Source: Setoptus koraiensis
Lineage: Eukaryota > Animalia > Arthropoda
NCBI GenBank assembly: GCA_048013815.1
Contig: CM106585.1
Span: forward strand, 9,176,001 to 9,240,000
DNA length: 64,000 bases
Reading direction: 5' to 3'
Under the pieces are notes generated by a model. The model made no database searches. It had not been told where the DNA came from and saw nothing but the letters and a program-made list of their open reading frames with translations. Of the stretch, positions 1-12,430 are shown in pieces (position 1 is the stretch's first letter; each line of letters opens with the position of its first letter). Made by a program: the position numbers and the translations under genes.

Positions 1-291
1 GGAAACTGGATTCTATACCACTCACGTCCTTATCAACATGTACGTTAATTATTGCTCACACTCGTATATTTATACACACAACATCACAGGCACCAGCGAT
101 GGCTAATGCTCATTGTTGGAGTCGCAGCATAAAATAGTTTTTTACTCTCTGGGCATGCATCATGATTATGATGGTCAATGATTTTTGGACTTTTATTACA
201 CACACACACACTCACATTTTACACGCTTGTTCGCATTGACTTTTGCGCTCCTTTCGACTCGTCCGCGGACCGCGGCGCATTCGAAGTTGGA

Positions 292-358
292 GCTGCTCAA
301 ACTGCTCGAACTGCTCGAACTGCTCGAACTGCTCGAACCGCTCGAACAGCTCGAACAG
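292..358. repeat. 9-bp tandem repeat (CTGCTCGAA)n, ~7 copies
   Basis: Read directly from the sequence; it produces the ARTART/LELLEL/CSNCSN spurious ORFs. Confidence 0.9.
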
Positions 359-2033
359 CGCGCCGCAAACGGACAGAGACGGCGACCAAGCAACAGCGAA
401 CGCTTATAATGATGATAATGAGCCTTGCTTCTTTCTTCGCGAATGCTGCACAACATTCTTTTCTTCGCCTGGCCACACTGGCTGGCAGTTGCAGCGAGTT
501 GCAAACTCACAAGTCGGCCGATACAAGCAACAAGTTGGCTCGAGCTGCACACAACAAGCAAATCCTGTAAACAACTGCAGCAACTTGTAGCCGGCCAATC
601 GAAAAGCGACGCTTCGGCCGAACAGGGGTCGTGCTCATGCTGCCGAACAGCGCACATCCTGAGCGCCTAGTGTTGGCCGGTTGCTGTTCGAATCGCCGTT
701 CGCAGTTGCTGCAGTCGGCTGTCTGTCGCTGCTGCTGTTGTTGTTGTTGTTGTTGTTGTTGCCAACACTAAACAATAACATGTAACCAACAGCATCTAAC
801 AAGCGTGTAATGTATTCTGATAGACTCGGCCAGTCGGCTCGAGCGGCCAGATGCAGCCAAAAAGTGGCTCATCTTTCTCATTGCACAACAGCACACACAA
901 TCTCGCTTAATTAGTTAGTCAGCCTTAATTGGCGATGATGAATTAAACAAGTGTCTGCAACCAGCTCTAATCTGCTCATCGATTTATTTGTATCTCTCTC
1001 CCTTTCTGTCCCTTTCTGTGTGTCTCATTGGCCACCGAGCGGCAGATGATGCGAGTCACATCCAGCGTCATCCGACCGGCGATCATCCGACCGGCGATCA
1101 TCTGACTCAGATCATCTGAGTGGTGAGGCTCGCATGGGTATCGCATGTTATTATTGGCTGCACCGCTATATCTCGCTACTATTAGTATCATTACTATTAT
1201 TATTATTACTATATGCATATGGCATATTTATAGATAATGATAATGTATGAATACCGTTCGCAAGGTCCATTGTGATACACTTTACATTGCACACAAACCT
1301 GTTCCTTCGGCCACCATCATAGATTGCGGCGTGCTCCATCCACATTGCACTCCAATGATTGGATTGGCGGCATTCAAGTGGCCATTGTTCACCTGTTTGC
1401 TACCTGTTGAGCTGGCAACATTACAGCGGCGAGCATGAGTCATGAGCGATACCAGCCGGCAAACTTTCGGGCTCTTATTAATATTGTAGCCGTCTATAAA
1501 TATAAACATACGCTCGGCTGACTGCATGGCTGCATAGTTTGGTCGCGGTGCCCCAAGTTTGTCCGAAGTGTAAACACTAATTGTGCGTGTGTGTGTGCAT
1601 TCTTTGTGTCAAATTGTGTGCTCACTCGTTTGGTAGCATGTTTATTATGTGTGCTCGAGCCTCGAGAGGCTAAACATCGGCAAATAGACGCACTCTGAAC
1701 AAATTACAACAACGGCATCGCTACGCCGGTGATTTGAAATCATGCCTCGCAGGGCAGAGAATTTGTGCTTAGCTTCGTTTTTGCTGCTGCTGCTGTTGCT
1801 GTTGCTGTCGCTGGTGTCGTTGCTGGCTAGGCCACCAACAGCAAAGGCCAAGTCATTAGATAAGAGATAGATTATGAGATATGTTTGTGTGTTAGCGCAT
1901 GGCTTGAATTATTGCCGTGAATTTGTGGCGCTCGTAGTGTCATAACACTCAATCATGACAACTTTTATCTAGCCAACCACACTATAATAAGATGCAATAT
2001 TTCTCGCTTGCTACCACACGCTCATTTGAATGC

Positions 2034-2090
2034 AAATGGCAAATGGCGAATGGCGAATGGCGAATGGCGAATGGCGAATGGCGAATGGCA
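2034..2090. repeat. 7-bp tandem repeat (AATGGCG)n, ~8 copies
   Basis: Read directly from the sequence. Confidence 0.9.
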
Positions 2091-4454
2091 ACAAACGCAG
2101 ATGGCGAATTGTTAACAACTAAAAATGTTGTTCACGACAACCAATAATGACGATAATTATGAATACATATGTATGACCGTGTTTAGCAACTGTAAAGATG
2201 ATGATAGATTATGCAAGAATATGACGCTCGATAGGAAAGGAGAGAAGAGATGAGATTAACGCGGTGATAAATTGCACACAATTGCACTGCAACCGCACTC
2301 GATTGGTGGTGGTCATCGCTCAAGCATATTTGTTTTTAAAATATCAGTATCAGTTGAATCGGCCACATCGGCTAGATCAGTGTCAGCCGGTCAGCCAATG
2401 TTGGCCATTGGATGCTGCTTGAGCCATTGAACTGGGGGGCTGTCTAAACAACAGACACAAACGTAGGCCAAGGAGGAATTAATTTAGACAGCCTACACGC
2501 TCATCGATTGAGCTCCAGTTGACTCGCCAACTTGGCCAAACTCAATCCAGGGCCCATCGTAGCTTATTATCTATAACAAGCAAGGTCACGGCTCGTCGTA
2601 TCAATTGTCTGCAACCTGTTGTTTAGGCAACCAACACACACATACAGGTGAATTCAATGACGACAGCGCAGGCGGCAGCGCCAGCTACGGCAATTAGAAG
2701 AAGACCGTGAAGAACTGTCTTGGGCTATCTTGGATGGTCCAAGATCTTGGATGGATCTCATTACCAGGCGACGCCAGACAATGAGTGAGATGGAAAGGGA
2801 GACTTCCGTTTATTGCGTGCATTGATGCGCAAATTTTTTCTTATACTGCCTGCTATTTGGTAAAGGCAATTGTTGGCAAGCAATTCCATCCACCAACAAG
2901 AATACCAAGTAGCAGAATGAAGATAAGAATAAAAGAAATAGAAACAGAAAAAGAATGGCTAATAATACAAGGAACAACGACGACGACGACGCTAAAACAA
3001 AGACACGCAGATCATAAAATGCTGCTGCTTTGAATATATGCAGATAAGTGACCTCTCTCCTTGTCTCTCCATTTAAATCTCGCTGCTCTCTCTGCTATCT
3101 AATCTCTGATATTAGACATGCAAATGGCCAGCACTTTTAATGCTTAAACTCCCACTATCGTCACTGATACTGGATACTGCAGACACTGTAAGATGATCGC
3201 CTCACCACTCTACCATACATACTAATCCTTCATTACATTAGGTAATGAGAGATTTGCAACACTGACCATATACAATAGCCATTGATAAGCGGCATTTGTC
3301 CATTGTTGTTGCTGTTGTTGTTGTCGTCGGCCGTTGTCGCTCGTTGTCGCTCGCTCGCTGTCTAACTACTGTGTCAGCTCGCTTGATATCGTTGTTGCGT
3401 AATTGAACTGTCATTGGGCACTTGACTAAAGGTCGGCCTAGAATTGACACTAATAAGTCGCAGCAAACAATTCGTCTGCCATGGTGCATATCTGCGAGGT
3501 CTGATATGCACCGCGGACGATGCCAGACAGAACTGTAACTGTGGACAACATTGACAACAACGGTCCATCGAAGTATTTCTTCGTTTTTTTTTTCTGTTCG
3601 TTTTAGTTTCGCATTTATTTATTATTTGGCCATCTCACTGGGAGATTCCACAGAGAGCACCCTCGTTGGCATTTGTCGGTGGCCATGTTGGCGTTTGCAA
3701 TTTGTGACAGACACAAATGGCGTGCTGCCCATCAAAGTTGTTGTTTGTGCCCAATATATGTGTGTCGTGTGCCACCAGACACCATATATGGTCAGCTAGG
3801 TACACAATTGAGCCAGTTAGGTAAACAATTTGAACAACTTGTGATTACACAATCAAGTGTTGCAACTGATTCAGTTGCCCAATGACGTAATGCCAAGTCG
3901 CGTTTTCTAGAAAATGATGATCAGCAACAACAACACAAACAGCTTTTGTTGATGATGAAAATTTCTGTCACTGGACTCGATGCTTTGGAGGAGGCTTTGC
4001 TTTTGATAGAAGTCGATCAGATGTGATCATGGTCGTCATGATTACCATTGGCATTGTTGTTTGGCAGTTTTATTTTGAGGAAAAAAAGAAGAAACTTGCC
4101 CAGTGAGATGATGGCACGAAGACGATGGCCAGTCGAGATATTCTTGCAGGCAGCTATGTAGTGTGTGTATGTGTCAGTAATAAGTTGAAATGAATGATTT
4201 ATCTCGTGATGCTGCCTGGCCAAAGAATGTGTTTTGTTCACAACTGTACTATCTATTTGATAAGTAATTGAAATTGTCATATCCATCATATGCACAGACA
4301 CAAACACACACACACAGACACTTTGATATCAAAAAGGTAACACCGGTCATCTTGCAATCACTACACTACCGTCAGCCAGAAAAAAAGAAGTATTACCTGC
4401 GAGACAGTGTGTGTGCAGATAATAAACAAAATAGACGAGTGCCATTAGTGGAAT

Positions 4455-4523
4455 CGGCAATAGTTAGCCAGTGCAACCGGCAATAGTTAGCCAGTGCAAC
4501 CGGCAATAGTTAGCCAGTGCAAC
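4455..4523. repeat. 23-bp minisatellite x3 (CGGCAATAGTTAGCCAGTGCAAC)
   Basis: Three identical adjacent copies. Confidence 0.95.
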
Positions 4524-6789
4524 AGTGGCAGCGGGCAGAAAATTTGTAAGACTGTGACGCTAGAAGTAGTGTTATAACCTTGTTAATCAACCATCAATGT
4601 CACACAACTAGCTACTTGCGATAGTCGTTACGCAATCAAGCGCAAGACGCGAATTCAAGCTCACTCACGCGTGTAAAACAATTTAGGCAATGGCTCACGG
4701 GCAATATCACAGCAACTCAAGACACGGCAATCATACAGCTACAATGTCGATGATGATGATGACGATGATAATTATGATGACTATGATCTAACAAAATCAT
4801 GAATTCTGACCGAGCACAACTAGCGCTAACTGGACACACATTTGGCAACGTTTGTGTGGCCAATATAAACTATCCTCATCATATCACACCAACTGTTTAT
4901 GTTCAATGGACCGAACCAATTTGAACTCCTACCAACCAATTTCGGCCAGCTACACACACACACACACACACACACGTGCTATATGGCCGAGCCGACTCAT
5001 TCGGTTCGAGAGTCTTGATAACATCTTGATCCGACTTGTTTGTTGAAACTGCCAAGTTGAAAATCATTTTCGACATGAGAATGAGAGAGGTTAGCAAACT
5101 CTGATGACTGGCCAACTTGCAACACAGCATCATGAAAATCATTAATAATTTAATGATCATGGCACAAGCAACAGCGTCTGGCTTGTCGGCGTCGTCGCCG
5201 TCGTCGCTTGATGATCTCGTGACAGGCACAGACACAGGCAAGTTTGATAGTTACTGAAAATAAACTTCAAATAAGCATCGTCAGCCATGGCAGTGTGTTT
5301 ATATTGGGAATCACGACAGAATATGGTCAGATTTTTCTTCTTTTCCTCTAAATCGCTAACAGTGTTACTTTTGATATCATTCATAAAGTGACAATCGGAT
5401 TCGAATATCGCGAATCACGCTGCCGAGCGCAAATTGAAAGGATATGACAATGTATGAAAGGAAATTCAACATCAAGAATCAAACATTGACTGCACGATCA
5501 ACTGGAGATCGATGCCTCATGCAAGTAATCTGAGATTCAGTTGCTAATTGCAAGCGGAGACTTACATACGGCACCGTGCGCTCATGAATGTTAGTAAGTT
5601 ATGTAGTCTAAATATTCAATCGAGTGGATGCACATTCGGCCAGATAAGTCATACTGGATTCCAGTACGACTTGTCTGGACGAGGTAACTGGATGCACTTG
5701 TCGTTGTATTGCTGTTGATGGTGATGAGTTTGTATTTGAACTAGCAACCACTCGCAGACTAAATGCAGCAGCAACAACTGGTCTATTCTGACTTGATACA
5801 ATTCGCATTGTCAGCGTATGTTGTGCACAAATCCAAACTACCCCGGTTTTTTCTGATCTTTCTACATGCACATGCCATTTGATTTTCAAGTCGATTTTTA
5901 TCGAATAATGATGATAATAAAATAATAATACACGTCACTGCAGTTACTGTTATGATGAGTAGAATTGTGAGAATCAACAGGTTTCTATCATATGTTGCTC
6001 TACCCTCTACTGGTGCCATTTCTACCACTATGGCCACTAGCATCTATTGTCATCGGCTATTGACTTGCTCTCAAACTTGCAAGTTCCAAGTTTGAAGAAA
6101 AACCAAGCGAAGCAAGAATAGCAACAACTACAATAATAATAATAATGGCAGCAATAGGAAGAAAAATGGTAACATTGATGATTACACACATAGATAAATC
6201 CTTTTACAAGGCCAATAGGGATCTACCGCTGCTAGATGGGTATTAAGCCGTTAAATTTGGTTGAAACTTAAAAATCTGGGCTGATAATTGATGCTGATAA
6301 TATAAACATGGCAAACAACATTGCATCATTTGGCCAGATTGAAAATGCAATATCTGTCAGTCAACAATCTACAATACTTTTTTGCAAGTGTGAGAGAACA
6401 ATTTTGAACAATGTTTGATGTTTGCATTTTCCTTCTTTATATCGATTGAGGCATTTTTCTGTCTCTCTCTCTCACACAATCTTTCGGGGCAACAATGTGT
6501 CGGAAAATATATAAGAAGGTCCATTGGAGGAGACCACAAAATTCGCACCATTATATGACGCGACCAACAACATCTTCACCCTACATATACTAACAAACAA
6601 CGTTATCTGCGACGAAGATCGGCACACATAGTCGTCGTCATCATCATCATCAGGTCAATTGTTGACTCAAAATTCAAAACATCGTAATAAATTTAGATTG
6701 CGATGGAGAGATGGCAATTTGTGTAAAAGGACAAGATAATTTGAGACAAGATAGAATCATGAGGGAACATTGTTTGCTGTAGTACTTAC

Positions 6790-8758
6790 CTTGATCATTC
6801 ATAGAAACGCGTCTAATATGATTGAAGGCATCTTCCACGGCCATAATCAAGTGATATTTACGTTTACGTAATTTTCTTTCATGTTCCTCAATGATATCAG
6901 TGGCAAATCTACCTTGTTGACTAGCCGACGATGATTGATGACCATGGTGAGAATGATGTTTGTCGTGATGATGATGATGACTAGAGATGCCTCCTCGTGT
7001 TGATTTTCTACTTCTTACCGATCTTACTGATTCTGTTTCGTCTCTTGCATTTAAAAATTCTTCATGCCGGCTTCTAGGCGATAATACATTATGATGGGAG
7101 TTTGTTTTTGATGTCATAGTTGTTGTTACAGGTAAAGCGGTAACTGTTGTAGTTGGTGGAGTATTTAAATGCTGAGATGGCAATGTAATATTTGAAGATA
7201 AATTATCAGCGGCGTTGGCGCCATCGTCGCCACCACCATTGATTGACCTAAGATAATTTGGAAGATAAAGTTGTTGTTGTTGTTGCTGCTGACCATCAAT
7301 TAGGGCCACTTTTTGCTGTTGTTGTTGCGAAATGAAGTCATTGTTGAATGGATTAGTAACTGTAAGTGACTGTGCTTGCTGAATCAAACTAGAATCGCCA
7401 TTACTAATTGGCTGACCAACATGTTGTTGTTGGTAAATATTGGTTCCATCCTGTATGATTGGTGCATTTGGATCTAGCTGATAGAATTTCAAACCGTTCG
7501 TTTGAGGACCATTGGCATGATTATTGAACTGGTAACCAGCAGCCGCAGCATTCATCCTCATGTGCTCATTGTGTAATTGTTGTTGGTGCATTTGTTGATT
7601 CTTTTGGTACTGCTGTTGCTTCAGCTGGAGCTCATCGTTGTTGCTGTTGCCGTTGATTACATGATTGGTCTGATTGGACACTCGAAGGTTAGATTTGGAT
7701 CTAGATCGGGAGGGCGATCGAGACGGTGATCTATTGTGGCGATGATGGTGATGATGGTGCGAAGCTCTCGATGTTGATCTGCGGCCGCCGCCTCGATGTG
7801 ACGATGGCGCTGGCGAGCCAGCCCTAGATCTGGTGCTGGTGTGATTGTTGTTGTCTGAAGAGCCCTCAGAAGAGACCATGTTGCTGATTATTTGAGCTTC
7901 TAAATTGGCCAGTTGCTCTTGGTAGGGCCCATGAGTGGGAAAGTCAGTGTAGTATCGCTCTAGAACAAATTGAGCGCATTCTTGAATACTTAATGAGGCA
8001 CAATTATAATAATGACTAGCACCATCTGGTGATCTTATCACTTTAATACAATATTGTAGCTGACGATGGCGTAACTCTAACAATATTATAGCTAAATAAT
8101 GCAATATAATTAGCGAATCTAACATTGATGAGGCATATAGAATAATAGTTAAATAGGATAGTTCATAATCGTTGAAACGTTTGTCGAACACTCTAAATAA
8201 AAAGAACAACCAATAGGCCAGTGTCAAAAAGAAACCAAAGGCCATAATGAAACATTTGTGTATGTCGACGCGTGGCATTAACACTATTTGCGGGCGCATA
8301 AATATGGTGTAATAAGCTATTAATAACATGGTAAATCTAGCTATAAAACCTATGAGAGGTCCATCACATTCTGGTCCGCATTCTGATATTTTCCATTGTT
8401 GTTGGAGTGGTTGCAATTGATAATTTTGTTGTTGTTGTTGCAGTTGTTGTTGCAGTTGTTGTTGTAGTTGTTGCTGTGAGAGTTGTTGCTGTTGACTCGC
8501 TAGTGAATTGGCTAAATTTACAATTGGCATATTTGAATTAATTGTGCTGGCAACAACACTGTTGTGCAATATGGTTGTTGTGCCAAACATAAACTCCATT
8601 TTTGGTATGATGAGCATGACAAGGGGCGATAGTAATACGCTGGCGGCCAGTAGCAACGACAGCGCCTTTGAGATCAATTGTTGATATTTGTACACTAATT
8701 GGTGACGAAAATTCTCCTCTCCGCCATCAATCATGGTTATCTGGCATTGTGAGGCCAT
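6790..8758 (-). CDS. Vang: Van Gogh/Strabismus (Vang-like) planar cell polarity tetraspan membrane protein, main coding exon; 3' exon(s) not located
   Basis: The translation matches Vang/VANGL motifs: SPLVMLIIP (TM1), ECGPECDG, MPRV, AYWLFF, SMLDSLIILHYLAIILLELR, KVIRSPDGASHYY, SLSIQECAQFVLERYYTDF, GLKFYQLD and EEHERKLRKRKYHLIMAVEDAFNHIRR. Similarity stops at a consensus donor (CAAG|GTAAGT, intron starts 6789, phase 1). The first in-frame ATG is at 8758 (the track start at 8800 is GTG), so an upstream exon is possible. Confidence 0.95.
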
Positions 8759-10333
8759 GCTGCTGCAATGATGTGGCCAATTCGTGCCTTGGCTACTCAC
8801 TCGTATTATGCCTCACTTGTATTGTGCTGAGTATGGCTAATTGTCTAATTATCTCAATGTCTGATTATGATGATTATTTTATTTTTGTGGCCGGATATTT
8901 TGCGAACGATCGCTTGTGTTCACTGGAGTGCTGAGTTGGCTGTTGTCTCGCTGTTGTACGCTCGCAATTCTTTGTTTGATCATTTTGCTGACAACAAACA
9001 ATTGGCATAACTGGCCACTGATCGGTAAATTCGTAAATATATCAATTTATCCGTTGCTTCTTGCTGCATACTTGTATTATTATATTATTCACGATGATAT
9101 TATATTGTTGATTATATTATGTTATCGACGATGATATTGTGGTGTTTACGATGATATTATGCTATCGACGATGATATTATATATAAACGACGATATATAC
9201 GTGAGATTCGGTTCGTTCCATCGGCGGCCAAATTCGATCTATTTTGCTGTTTTGTTCGACGGCTCTTGAGCAACTGTGGCTCGCAACTTGCAGCTTGCAA
9301 TGGTGCGTGCGTGTGTGTGTGTGTGTGTGCCAAGAAACGTGTTGCCGTGAACGCGACCAAAAGCGAATGAACAACAAGTGAGTGCCGGTTGGACATGAGA
9401 ACACAGAGCAGAGAACAAACGACCGTGGACAACACTTGTGAATACACTTGTGTGTGTGTGTGTGTGATGTTGCTGAAAAGTTCGCTCCTTGCTCACTTGC
9501 ACAACGGCACAGAAACCAGTTACTGTGCTGCTGGCACAACAACCAGAAGAGACCAGTCAAGTGCTGGTCGCTCTTGCAAGGGCGCGCTCACATAATTGAT
9601 ATAATCACACACACTCTTATCTGATGTGTTAATCACCAACCAACCGACAATATTCAAACAAACAAAATAAAGCCTCCTCCGAAATAAAGTCGCAGAGTGG
9701 CCTCTTTTGGGGCACCCTGACTCCGTTTGCCATCTGTTGATTCAACACTGTTGAATCAAGCAGATTAGCTGTGCGCCGAGAAAAAGTAGCGCGTTGCGCA
9801 CAGTTGTGCACCCTCAAACGACCATTGTTGATGCAATAATAGAACAACAAGTGCTCAACTTGCACAACTTGTAATCTCTGTTACCACAGATAGTCACTAT
9901 ATATAGAAGCTGGTCATTTTATAATCTTATAGAACACAATTAGGTGGGCGTGCTCGAGCTGCGCCACCAACGCCATCTGGAAACGGAAAACGTTACCCAT
10001 CATGAAAAATCAATCGATCGTTTGGCCAAAAAGTTTTTGGCAAAAACGACCCATCATCCATCATCCTGGACCCGAAAGATTACTGCCAGTGCCACAATTT
10101 AACTTAACTTAGTTTTGATAAAACGACAATATTACGATTACGATACTGTGATTTGTATTGGAGCATGATCTGTATTATGTTTGCGATGGCTAATACAGTG
10201 ATACGGGAATATTACAAACACAGCTCGCATTGCCTACAACTAGTAGGCTACAGGACAGCATGCCGAAGAAAACATTCTACGCGATCTGGTGTTTATACCG
10301 AAATGGCAAATGTACAAAAAATACGCATGGGTC

Positions 10334-10339
10334 TTTATT
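10334..10339 (-). promoter_or_regulatory. Candidate polyadenylation signal (AATAAA) of the Sidestep-like gene
   Basis: TTTATT on the + strand, about 40 nt past the stop codon; usage not shown. Confidence 0.45.
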
Positions 10340-10378
10340 GAAATTTGTTCAAACAGATAGAATTTGTCATGTTGCCTT

Positions 10379-12399
10379 TCACAATATTAGCGCATTTACA
10401 CCTCCGATGGTCATGTCACTAAGATTAGACGACGGCGATGATGTTGAGTCTATCACTGAATTGAATTGTCCGCTAGTTGGCCCGGTGACATCATTGTCCG
10501 CGTTGGCGCCTGTTTGGTGAGCTCTGGTGTGGCAGTGGTCAGCGCCAGTGGTTGTCAGGGTTGTTATGGGCGACACCTCAAGCGAGCTAGAACTGGTGTT
10601 GTTCGCCAACTGCTGCTGCTGCTGCTTGTTGCCTCTGCTATCCCTGTTATTACTAGTTGTTATATCTAACTCAAAATGAACCTGTTTTGTGCCGTCGCCT
10701 CCATTCATTGTCGCCATGCTATTTCCGGTGTGCTGCTGCTGCTGCTGCATCACTCGGCCACCGTTTGATCTGGTTGTGGTTGAATCGCATCCCCTGTTAT
10801 TGTGCGATCCAACAGCAGTGTGCCTGTGGTTGCTTATGGTGGATATTTGCGAATTGTTGGAAGAACTCAACGAATGATTGCCACTGATGCCACTGTCGGC
10901 AGACGTGCCGCCGCCGCCGCCACCACCGCCAGTTGTTACCGTCGGTATGAGGCCACACACCAGCGACGAGTCAGTGTCGGCGCTAGTTTGCGAGGACGCC
11001 GACGCTCCGTTCAGATGAGTGTCCTTGGGGCCCATTTGTGTTGTGCCTGGTGTTGCTTGGTCGTTGGTGGGGTGATCAGTTGTTGTTATGGTCAAGTTGT
11101 AGACGTGTTGCTGTTGTTGTTGTTGCTGCTGATGCTGATGCGCATATAGCGACGGCGAGTACCTGTTGTTGGACGGCGCTGTTGCCGAGTCATTCAATAG
11201 AAACTGTTGTTGTTGTTTGTTTCTCGACTTGAGTTGCCTCATCGATTGATAGACGGCGCCCGATAGATCGTCAGCACGGTTGCTGCTGGCGACTATTGAT
11301 TGCTGCTGCTGCTGTACGACATGATCGTTCGGGTGACACTCGGGCGCCCTTATGTGATATATTGCTTGTTGTTCGTTGGGCGCCAGCATACCTGTCTCAA
11401 CAATGTTGTCACTTGTCTTATCCACGAGGCACTTGTTGTTTGTGACAAACGACGACAAGTCTTCATTGGCGTTGATCGTTGTCAATTGTTGTTGTTCACT
11501 GCAAACAACTGCAGACAACGGACTAAAGGCGGCGTGTCGATCTTGGTTGATCATCAAATGACAATGGTGCGCCTGTTGCAAAGCCGCCATGCTCAGGCCA
11601 TCAGGGTCGGCCAGGTTGTTGCCAGCGGCGGCCTCCTGAATGAAATGCTCGTGATGATAGTGGTTGTGGTGATAGGGCCCCAAATGGGCAGAAAATGGTT
11701 GCTGGTTGTTGACGCTAGAGGCGCCCGTTGTGAGCTTGGTCGCGTGGCTGACGGGCAACGGCGACGAGCCGGACATTGACGAGGCCGAGTAAATGGACTC
11801 GCTGCACAAATTGTTTGCCTGCTGCTTCATGAGTTGTTGTTGTTGCTGTTCCATGAGTTGTTGTTGTTCCATGAGTTGTTGCTGTTGTTGTTGTTTCAAC
11901 GAGTGCTGCTGCTGCTGCTGTTGGCTGGCCAAATGTCTGATGTTCGGCAAGGTGCAACAGTTGACATACTGGCACAATTGTCGCTGCTGACCGTCCATGG
12001 GCGACAGCACCAGCTCCGAGGCCTCCAATTGCTTCAATTGCTTCAATTGCTGCAGCGGCTCGTTGTCGTAGCCGTCTTCGGGCGCGCCAAATTTCGTTGT
12101 CGTCGGGGGCGCCTTTCCGGCGGACAGCACGGCGGGAATGTTGCTGGAGTATTGCTTGATCATTGGATGATGGTGATGATGGTGCTGCTGCTGTTGTTGC
12201 TGTTGCTGTTTGTGGTGCAGATGGTGGTGGAGGTGGCCCATTTGGTGCATGCGAACGGCCAGGTCGTAAGCGTCCACAACTTGCTGGTGATCGTGGTGAT
12301 ACTCGTGCCCGGCGTAGGCCGGCCGGACGCTGGGCTCCAATTGGAAGCAGCTCACCTTGTTTGTGGCCATCGACTGTTTGGTGTCGTCGTTTTGCTGAC

Positions 12400-12430
<31 letters not shown>

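Noticed and set aside
196-657. Cys-rich minus-strand ORF faintly resembling an RBR/IBR zinc finger (YKRSLLLGRRLCPFAARC...KRVKC), ending at a GTGAGT
   Set aside because: The Cys/His spacing does not fit a RING or IBR, part of the ORF is the 9-bp repeat, and I found no supporting neighbouring exons.
2670-2825. Plus-strand open frame containing RETSV, like the Vang C-terminal motif
   Set aside because: It is on the wrong strand for Vang, ETSV is not followed by a stop, and the upstream sequence does not match the Vang tail.
6674-6789. Read-through frames after the Vang donor giving PF..ISPSQSKF and LHKLP, echoing Vang C-terminal words
   Set aside because: The matches are in different frames with the wrong spacing and follow a perfect GTAAGT donor; this is most likely coincidence in intron sequence.
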